64,000 nucleotides of DNA, taken from assembly GCA_963640855.1 (NCBI GenBank), contig CAVIAJ010000004.1, forward strand, positions 44,307 through 108,306, in the 5' to 3' direction. Made by a program: the position numbers and the translations under genes. Positions 10,830 to 17,820 of this stretch are shown here, piece by piece. This DNA comes from Candidatus Methanomethylophilaceae archaeon (GTDB lineage Archaea; Thermoplasmatota; Thermoplasmata; Methanomassiliicoccales; Methanomethylophilaceae). How positions within the stretch are numbered: the stretch's first letter is position 1; each line of letters begins with the position of its first letter. Below the pieces are notes generated by a model. The model made no database searches. It saw nothing but the letters and a program-made list of their open reading frames with translations, and was not told the origin of the DNA.

Positions 10830-10979
10830 ATGGAACCGAGCAGAATAAAGAACATCAGATTTCCTGAAAAATTAGTGGCCGAAATTGAATCGTATATCGA
10901 GTCAAGTAGTTTCAATAATTTCTCGGAGTTTGTGGTGTATGCATCCAGATATTACCTGGATCAGAAAAAGAGGATGTAA
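10830..10979 (+). CDS. Ribbon-helix-helix (CopG-like) regulator
   Basis: NIRFPEKLVAEIE...F.NFSEFV..A.R pattern, 49 aa. Confidence 0.8.
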   Translation: MEPSRIKNIRFPEKLVAEIESYIESSSFNNFSEFVVYASRYYLDQKKRM

Positions 10980-11052
10980 GCGGTTTATCGGTTTCAGACG
11001 TGTTTATCTACACAACAACGTGTAAAATTACTAGTAATTTGAGAATGAATGA

Positions 11053-11205
11053 TTCCCGTGGTGCAAGACCGTGAGCTTGCACAGTTACGGACGTACAGTG
11101 CTCGAAGCACCCCCACGGGAACCTAAGGGTCGTTGCCGTGGTGCAAGACCGTCGGCGTTGCACAGTTACGGACGTACAGTGCTCGAAGCACCCGCACGAC
11201 AACGA
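11053..11205 (-). ncRNA. Putative tandem structured ncRNA A (two three-way-junction units)
   Basis: Two near-identical cores ~80 bp apart, closed by different but complementary stems; G-U pair on minus strand; TATA-like GATAAATA at 11237-11230. Confidence 0.65.
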
Positions 11206-11250
11206 TTGAATTGACATTCTCGCATGAAGTATTTATCATTTACATGAGTA

Positions 11251-11685
11251 TCATTTGCCGTTAAGATATTCATCAGGTTTCAGAAAACGTATGCCTCTAA
11301 ACCCGTCTGCATTTTTTCTGAACCTCTTGTCCATTGTGATAATCACATCCGCATTTGTCTTGACAGCTGCATTCAGTATCCTCTTATCCTTTCCCCTCGC
11401 CGGATTGTCTGGTTCTTTATTGTGATTGATTTTGTTATCGACCATACGCGGTCTTTTCACAAACCGATATGCTATGATGTTGCATATGAAGAAGGGATTG
11501 TGACGGTGAGTGTCATAATGTTTCTCGGCATCCGACAACTCATCGTCCACCTCTTTTGTATAGATGTGTTCTCTGCTTAAATCAGCAGTTACCACTGCAT
11601 CCAATTGAGGTCTTTCCAAATCCCCTATGCCGGTGGAAATGACATTAGTATCAATCACTACTCTCCTCTTCGGTTTCCTGAACAT
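11251..11685 (-). CDS. PIN-domain ribonuclease (VapC/PIN_3-like)
   Basis: VVIDTNV, EL, KD..IL.AA, IITMD acidic catalytic motifs intact. Confidence 0.85.
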   Translation of the reverse strand: MFRKPKRRVVIDTNVISTGIGDLERPQLDAVVTADLSREHIYTKEVDDELSDAEKHYDTHRHNPFFICNIIAYRFVKRPRMVDNKINHNKEPDNPARGKDKRILNAAVKTNADVIITMDKRFRKNADGFRGIRFLKPDEYLNGK

Positions 11686-12704
11686 TATCTCTTCTTCCTT
11701 TTCCCGTTTTTTCCGCTATGATGTGAGATATTAGCTGATGCAACGTCATCTTTCTTCGGCTTTCTTTTCGGTCTGGGAGAACCGCGGGCCTTGGAGAGCA
11801 TCTCATCCTTCTTTTTCTCGAATGATCTGTCCTGACGTGTCAGATCTGCAATTGCCATTCTGCGGGAATTGTATCTGAGTCTGGAAATGTGACTGTCTGC
11901 CCAGTTCTTTTCTACAGATTCCATCGCTTCCTTTTCTTTCAGAGGCTTACCGCGGCCGTAAGTGAACAGTGCGTAATCCTCACTACACATCCGAGATACT
12001 TCAGTATCCGTGGGTTTTCTCCATCTCCTTGTTTCTTTGTCGAAAACAGGAACATGCCAATAATAGCCGTTCAAATCTTCCTCCCTGGATCTTGCCATCT
12101 GTTCTGCAACGGTACAGGACTCCTCGATATTTGATACGGCATTCTTTTTGATCAGTATGTCTTTCCTTTTGCTGTCTCTGGCCCTCATCATATGTGTGGT
12201 TTCATGAGCTATTGTTTGGTGTTCCATGCCCGATTTTCTGTTGATTTCTATCCTCGAATTGCCCATATACCGTCCTTTCACAGTTCTATGCAGTGGACGT
12301 GCGGTATATACTGCACCTTCTTCGGCAATCTTTCTGACTTCGGCGGGCGTATGAGTGGCATCAATCATTTCACCCATCTTCTCGACTTCCATGTCCGTAC
12401 CGTGGAACCTGATTCCTTTCCTGATCTTCACAGGCCCGGGTGTGTCGATACCTTCGATATCATATTCGGAGGGGCGGTGCCACCATGCAGCTGCCTGTTC
12501 GGGCGTGAGTTTTTCGGGAAGCACAACGTCGGCATAGGAGTCATAATCCTGCACTGTGTTCCTTGATTTCTTCCCGTTAGACACGCCGACACTGCGGTTT
12601 TCGAATCTTTTTCTCAGTGCGACTTCAGGTACGTATCCGTCGTCTCCGACAGGGATATCGCACGCCCTTGCGTGAACATATACACGTTTCGTTTTGTATG
12701 CCAT
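11685..12704 (-). CDS. Hypothetical protein with zincin HExxH motif
   Basis: IAHETTH followed by EE..T..E; highly basic termini. Confidence 0.65.
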   Translation of the reverse strand: MAYKTKRVYVHARACDIPVGDDGYVPEVALRKRFENRSVGVSNGKKSRNTVQDYDSYADVVLPEKLTPEQAAAWWHRPSEYDIEGIDTPGPVKIRKGIRFHGTDMEVEKMGEMIDATHTPAEVRKIAEEGAVYTARPLHRTVKGRYMGNSRIEINRKSGMEHQTIAHETTHMMRARDSKRKDILIKKNAVSNIEESCTVAEQMARSREEDLNGYYWHVPVFDKETRRWRKPTDTEVSRMCSEDYALFTYGRGKPLKEKEAMESVEKNWADSHISRLRYNSRRMAIADLTRQDRSFEKKKDEMLSKARGSPRPKRKPKKDDVASANISHHSGKNGKRKKR

Positions 12705-12705
12705 C

Positions 12706-12825
12706 TTATTTTCTCCTGCGGAGGACCCTGTATGTTTTGTTTCCGATTTTCACATCGTAGTTCTGTTTACAGTTCTGCCCTTTCTTCCTGTCATTCTTGC
12801 GTGTTTTGCGTTTCGCAGACTTCAA
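12706..12825 (-). CDS. Small highly basic peptide (39-43 aa)
   Basis: Open frame KSAKRKTRKNDRKKG...RVLRRRK ending just before the next ATG; GGGGAG RBS at 12846-12851; start (TTG or ATC) uncertain. Confidence 0.45.
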   Translation of the reverse strand: MKSAKRKTRKNDRKKGQNCKQNYDVKIGNKTYRVLRRRK

Positions 12826-12956
12826 GTTGAATGCGATGACATATACTCCCCTGGATCTGGCGTAATCAGCCACATCCCGGCAGTCTGCTTTCCTTTCTCA
12901 CGATAATTTGTGTTCTGCAACAGTGTTTTTATACCTTGTAGCCTAATGTATACTTG

Positions 12957-13098
12957 CGGATTAAGTCTAGAAGAATGGTCAGTCGCCTTTTCAGGGACAA
13001 CCACTGGAGATCCGACGGATACACTCCGAGGGGAGCGGTTAAGTCTAGAAGAATGGTCAGTCGCCTTTTCAGGGACAACCACTGGAGACTGCTCCCCT
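12957..13098 (+). ncRNA. Putative tandem structured ncRNA B (two extended hairpin units)
   Basis: Identical 50-bp cores at 12961-13010 and 13039-13088 with different complementary closing stems; G-U pairs on plus strand; TTTTTATA box at 12926-12933. Confidence 0.65.
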
Positions 13099-13118
13099 GA
13101 ATTGTAATTTCTGTTCAT

Positions 13119-14249
13119 CTAGAGCCTCCTTGTGATTTTACGGAGTTTCATTCCTATGATGTCCGAAAGACCCCTGTTCTTGTGTTCTACGACATCAGCC
13201 GCAGCATATGCTACATAGTCGTGTGTCTGCAGAAACTCTGAGTATGGGCCAGAGGCTGAATCGTATGTGTTACCTTTGACCTTCAGTTCATCTTTGGACT
13301 GCTCTTTGAGGAACTTCTCGACATTCTTGTGACCCGAGTGTCTATCGACCACGACCAGGACGTTGCCTTTCTCAGGCAACGAGTCCTTTACAGAGTGATG
13401 GAACAACTTCTCCATGTCTTCTGACGATCCTTTCTTCCCACTCCATCCTCTTGGTGGATTGTCCTTGTCGACGTAGTATACGCGAACATCGACATTCATA
13501 TCCGCTATCCCTTCAGCGACCTTCTCTCTTCCTTCAGGAGAATCTAAGGATGCTTTCAGTTCCTTTCTGCGAATCCTACGATTATTATCAGTGAGAACTG
13601 CGAATTTCTTCGGTTTATCAGTGACAGAAACAGCATATCCGAAGTATCTGCGCCTTCTTTTCTTGGTAGGATCCTTTGTTATGTCGACGAAGATTCTTCC
13701 CGGGTAGAAGAAGAAAGTCAGCTTGTGATTCTTCATTCCGATACGAACCTGCCATGAGACATCCTGTCCGTGCATCTTCATTCCGCCTACACGGACACGG
13801 GCCCCGTTCATCTTGGTCGGCTCTTCCTTCTTCCAAAAACCGATGTAGAAACCGTTCCTGTCACGGGGATCTGTGAAGTCGCCCTCATGAGCTACGGTGA
13901 ACTTGATTCCCGAGGTCATATGAGCTTCCCACCACTCATCGCCCGAGGGACACTTTTCGGCGAAAGAAATCCCCGAAAAGCCCGAGGGGGGAGGTCCGTC
14001 TTTTTCGACGGTAGGCCCGTTTGTCTCCTTTTCCGGGATCTGGCTGTCTTCGGGATTGGCATCGACGTAACATCTCGGATTTGTACCCGGAATGACGTAC
14101 AATTCCTTGCGGAAAATGAGTTTGTCAATCACTTTGTAAAGCGCGGAACGGGTCATCCCCTTATTTTGCGCGACTGCAGTGGGGGACATCCCCCTCAGAA
14201 TCATCGCTTTGATCTCACGATCGCGCTTGGTCAGAGGGCGCATCACCAT
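13119..14249 (-). CDS. N-terminal HTH/Rep-like region fused to DUF3800-like RNase H-fold domain
   Basis: HTH (SPTAVAQNKGMTRSALYKVIDKL); C-terminal IFVD..DP...YFGYAV, VVVDRH, LQTHDYVA motifs; ends in TAG. Confidence 0.6.
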   Translation of the reverse strand: MVMRPLTKRDREIKAMILRGMSPTAVAQNKGMTRSALYKVIDKLIFRKELYVIPGTNPRCYVDANPEDSQIPEKETNGPTVEKDGPPPSGFSGISFAEKCPSGDEWWEAHMTSGIKFTVAHEGDFTDPRDRNGFYIGFWKKEEPTKMNGARVRVGGMKMHGQDVSWQVRIGMKNHKLTFFFYPGRIFVDITKDPTKKRRRRYFGYAVSVTDKPKKFAVLTDNNRRIRRKELKASLDSPEGREKVAEGIADMNVDVRVYYVDKDNPPRGWSGKKGSSEDMEKLFHHSVKDSLPEKGNVLVVVDRHSGHKNVEKFLKEQSKDELKVKGNTYDSASGPYSEFLQTHDYVAYAAADVVEHKNRGLSDIIGMKLRKITRRL

Positions 14250-14277
14250 GCGTATTCCCCCCGGTACAGTCCTGCCA

Positions 14278-14394
14278 AAAACGGACCCCCCGTAAAGGGT
14301 CCGTCGGTGTCCACTTTTATGGGTGTTTTCTCTTTATAGGTAGGGAAACGGACCCCCTCTTCGGTGTCCACTTTTGCGTTGAAAAAGTGGACAC
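14278..14394. repeat. Direct and inverted repeat cluster, candidate element origin/operator
   Basis: tcggtgtccactttt at 14304 and 14361, inverted aaaagtggacac at 14383, aaacggaccccc twice, hairpin 14281-14304. Confidence 0.6.
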
Positions 14395-14459
14395 TGCGGA
14401 GGGTACCGTCGAAACTTCTAAAATACGCAATTTCTGCGAAAAAACCTGTGGCACGCAAG

Positions 14460-14537
14460 TGGTGGTCCCATTGTGATTTGAACACAAGACCTTCCGGTTA
14501 TCAGCCGGACGCTCGAACCAAGCTAAGCTATGGGACC
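14460..14537 (-). tRNA. tRNA-Ile(GAU)
   Basis: Cloverleaf GGUCCCA/UGGGACC, anticodon loop CUGAUAA, T-loop UUCAAAU, encoded CCA. Confidence 0.97.
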
Positions 14538-14642
14538 ACTCGGTGAAGTCGGATAGATACATGTATAATAAATAGGTTTTGGTCGGCTTTCCGTCGGCTG
14601 GGGGTATGAAAGATTAATATGAAAGTCGCCGATACGAATGAT

Positions 14643-15098
14643 ATGGCTCATGTATTCCACTGGGTGAAGGTAAAGGTCGTCTGCTACGCGACAGAGAACG
14701 AAGAATTGCTGCACGACGTTGCGGTGAAGCTTACGGGAATCGAAGACGACGAATCATACGACGTGGACATCTCCGAAGGAATGCATGGCAACCCCATAAC
14801 GGTTATCGACGTGAACGTCACCCACAGGAAAGACTTCGACAGACTCTTCAGAAACCTCGGTTCCGAAATATTATCCACATTAGCCGATGAATTGGACGAT
14901 CGTGTCGACGACGACGATCTTTTCTACATGAGACTCGACAAACAGAGCGCTGTCAGAGGGGAATATGTGTTATCGCACGGCGGAGATGTTATCTCCATTA
15001 CCGCAAAGATTGCAGCCCATCCCGCAAAGAAAGCGATAGCCGTAGGTCTGATGAGGGATTACCTCACAGACCTTCGTGAACCTGCGGCTTTACGGTGA
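14643..15098 (+). CDS. Archaeal RNA-binding protein (DUF54-like)
   Basis: YATEN, EG.HGNPI, FYMRLDKQ motifs. Confidence 0.8.
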   Translation: MAHVFHWVKVKVVCYATENEELLHDVAVKLTGIEDDESYDVDISEGMHGNPITVIDVNVTHRKDFDRLFRNLGSEILSTLADELDDRVDDDDLFYMRLDKQSAVRGEYVLSHGGDVISITAKIAAHPAKKAIAVGLMRDYLTDLREPAALR

Positions 15099-16335
15099 CC
15101 TGAACCATTCTTACACGGCGGTTCTTCACAGACCTTACGATCATCTTAATCCGATCGTTCTCGATCCTGTCTCCTTTTACGGGAACACGGTTCAGTCTGT
15201 ATTGGATATAACCGCTTACGGTAGGTTCGTCGTAATCTCCGAGATCGAATTCGACACCGATTTCCTGCATCAGATCGCTGATGTTTGTATCTCCGAGAAC
15301 GGTAAACGTTCCGTCGGATTCGCGCATGATAAAATGCTGTACTTCGTCGCTTTCATCCCATATTTCTCCCACAAGTTCTTCGAGAACATCTTCAAGAGAA
15401 ACGATACCTATGGTGCCTCCGTATGAATCCACGACAACAACCATCTGCACCATAGACTTCTGAATTTCGGTCAGAGCTTTGGCGACTGTAGTGGTTTCCG
15501 GTATGAATTTAACCGGGCGCATTATATCTTCGATTCTTGAGTTCTTATTTTCGAAGTATCTGTTGTAGAAGTCCTTCGCATATACCACTCCGAGGATGCT
15601 GTCTATAGTACCGTCGTAAACGGGAATACGTGAGAATCCCGATGAGATGAACACATCCTTGAGTACTTCCATGGATTCACTTTTATCGATACCTACGACG
15701 TCTACACGGGGCGTGAGGATTTCGGTGACTTCCTTGTCGTCGAATTCTATTGCCGATTTGATTAATTCGCTTTCGGTGTTCTCGAGAGTTCCCTCTTCCT
15801 TAATCTGATCGATCATCACGACCAATTCGTCTTCGGTAAGCGTAACATCGCTCTCGTCCACGTTTGTGTGGGTTACTTTGTTGACCATCTTGAAGAAGAA
15901 GACCATGGGTGAAAGTACCACGGTCATGAAATGAAGGAATCCTCCCAGTTTGAGAGAATACTTCTCGGCATTCATCTTGGCAAGTTTCTTCGGAGTGATC
16001 TCTCCGCATAACAGGATGGCAATGAACATGAACACCGTAGCTATAATAACGCCCATTGCGCCGAACATAACGGTGAACAGCCACGTACAGATTGATGACG
16101 AAAGAATGTTCACAAGGTTGTTTCCCACAAGTATTGTGGTGAGAAGCCTGTCGTAATCTTCGAGGAGTCCGAGCGCTCTTGAGGCCCTCTTATCTCCGTC
16201 GTTGGCCATATTCTTGAGTCTGATCTTATTTGCACTTGTAAAAGCTGTCTCGGAAGCCGAGAACAAGGCAGATAAGATTACCAATACTATCAGGACACCC
16301 GCATAAAGCGCGAACATCCAATTCTGATCAATCAT
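15064..16335 (-). CDS. CNNM/HlyC-CorC family transporter (DUF21-CBS-CorC)
   Basis: FSASETA, GEITPK, FSRIPV, VVDSYGGT.G. Confidence 0.9.
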   Translation of the reverse strand: MIDQNWMFALYAGVLIVLVILSALFSASETAFTSANKIRLKNMANDGDKRASRALGLLEDYDRLLTTILVGNNLVNILSSSICTWLFTVMFGAMGVIIATVFMFIAILLCGEITPKKLAKMNAEKYSLKLGGFLHFMTVVLSPMVFFFKMVNKVTHTNVDESDVTLTEDELVVMIDQIKEEGTLENTESELIKSAIEFDDKEVTEILTPRVDVVGIDKSESMEVLKDVFISSGFSRIPVYDGTIDSILGVVYAKDFYNRYFENKNSRIEDIMRPVKFIPETTTVAKALTEIQKSMVQMVVVVDSYGGTIGIVSLEDVLEELVGEIWDESDEVQHFIMRESDGTFTVLGDTNISDLMQEIGVEFDLGDYDEPTVSGYIQYRLNRVPVKGDRIENDRIKMIVRSVKNRRVRMVQVTVKPQVHEGL

Positions 16336-16524
16336 CTATCCAATCCCTGCCATGCCGGAAGACATTATCTCCCGTCGATTCGTATTAACCGATTTGCCGT
16401 TTTATCGGTTATCTTATTTATAAATATTGTCGGTTGGCTCATCCTGTTTTGCGGCTGTGTCGCAGCACATAATATAATTACAATATTTTTAATAAGAGAG
16501 AGGACATGTTGATGGCAGATTAAT

Positions 16525-16752
16525 ATGGCCGACCAGTTCAAATATGAAGTCGTTGAGATGATTGCCGTCCTGTCAGAATCCAGCAAAGGCTGGACCAAAG
16601 AACTAAATCTCATCAGCTGGAATGACAAGGAGCCCAAATTCGATATCAGAGAATGGTCTCCCGACAGAAGCAAGATGAGCAAGGGTATCACGCTCACGCC
16701 CGAAGAGACAGCTGTCCTCAAAAAGGCGCTGGATTCCAGAAGCGACATCTGA
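16525..16752 (+). CDS. PC4/YdbC-like ssDNA-binding protein
   Basis: GWTKELNLISWN...DIREW...MSKGITL. Confidence 0.9.
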   Translation: MADQFKYEVVEMIAVLSESSKGWTKELNLISWNDKEPKFDIREWSPDRSKMSKGITLTPEETAVLKKALDSRSDI

Positions 16753-16822
16753 TTTTATTTTTATGTGATCGGACGGGGTTTGGAAAAAACCCCTTCCGGA
16801 TCACCGTTCTTCAGCATAAGCT

Positions 16823-17737
16823 ATGACAACCAGAATGGGTTATCTTCAGGAACTTTTGGACAGCATCATGCTGGTGTCGTCCGGAAAGAAGGGCGCAGTA
16901 TCAGAAAACAAAAGACTGATTTCCGATTACGACTCTTCATATTACGACATACTCAGAAGATATCTTACCAACAGAGATCAGCGCGTGAGTATCGAGATAA
17001 TATCATTACTGACTGCATTGAGGGAAAGACAGGCCCTCGGAGATATCAGGCAGTTACGTGCGGAAGCGAATGAAAACGTAAGCAACGCATGTGTCGGATA
17101 CCTGTATTCTCTGGATGTGGATGACAGCCATATTCCCGATTTGATCGATATTCTGAAACACAGACGCGGTTCCGAGTTCAGGAATGCGGCGTTCAGAATG
17201 CGTTCGGTGGGAAGGGATGAAGACGTCCCCGAATTACGTAAAATCTACGGCCGTGTGGACGGAGAGATGCGCGAACAGATGAGAGACTGCCTGGACGGAA
17301 TAATAAGCCGCAGTCCCGTTCTCAGTAAGAAGAGGAGAATGTTACTCTCCGTACCGATATTCCCAGATGAAGAGAAATTCACCGAATTTGCGGATAAAAC
17401 CGTTGTGTATTTGGACATAAGATACAGAGACAACGTCAGTGAGAAGGATTCGGTGTCATCTTCGACATACAACAACGTTGCCAAAGCTTTGAACAAAATA
17501 CAGATCAGACTCTTCAACGAAGAAGCAAACATGCCTTATTACTCCGAAGAATCGAAAAAAATGTTCGAAGAACTCAACGAACTTTATGTATGGGCTTCCC
17601 GGGATCTGAAAACAAAGAATATTATCAGAGAAAAATCGGATTCCGAAAGAGAAGCTCCGGACTGTTCCCGCTGCGGGAACAGAATGACTTACGGTAAAGA
17701 CGGATGGAAATGCCCCATATGCGGCAGCACCTCCTGA
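16823..17737 (+). CDS. HEAT-like helical protein with C-terminal zinc ribbon
   Basis: Helical repeats; CSRCG...WKCPICG. Confidence 0.6.
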   Translation: MTTRMGYLQELLDSIMLVSSGKKGAVSENKRLISDYDSSYYDILRRYLTNRDQRVSIEIISLLTALRERQALGDIRQLRAEANENVSNACVGYLYSLDVDDSHIPDLIDILKHRRGSEFRNAAFRMRSVGRDEDVPELRKIYGRVDGEMREQMRDCLDGIISRSPVLSKKRRMLLSVPIFPDEEKFTEFADKTVVYLDIRYRDNVSEKDSVSSSTYNNVAKALNKIQIRLFNEEANMPYYSEESKKMFEELNELYVWASRDLKTKNIIREKSDSEREAPDCSRCGNRMTYGKDGWKCPICGSTS

Positions 17738-17820
17738 TTTTACACCGCGTGAATTTTTATAATATCCATACGTAACCGGCCCCGTCGGACAAGATAGTTC
17801 CGACCATGGAGAGACTCGTG

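Larger units (their letters stand above)
10748..14480. mobile_element. Integrated element (degenerate provirus/plasmid) at tRNA-Ile 3' end
   Basis: 23-bp direct repeats agtggtgg(c/t)cccattgtgatttg at 10748-10770 and 14458-14480; cargo of non-housekeeping genes. Confidence 0.85.

Noticed and set aside
11053..13098. Tandem repeats as CRISPR mini-arrays or TIGR arrays
   Set aside because: Only two copies each; the variable parts are mutually complementary stems rather than spacers; no cas or Nop-domain gene nearby.
12957..13098. Known self-cleaving ribozyme (hammerhead, twister, hairpin)
   Set aside because: Partial words (UAA, AGAA, GUC, CUGA) are present, but I could not assemble the full conserved cores on either strand.
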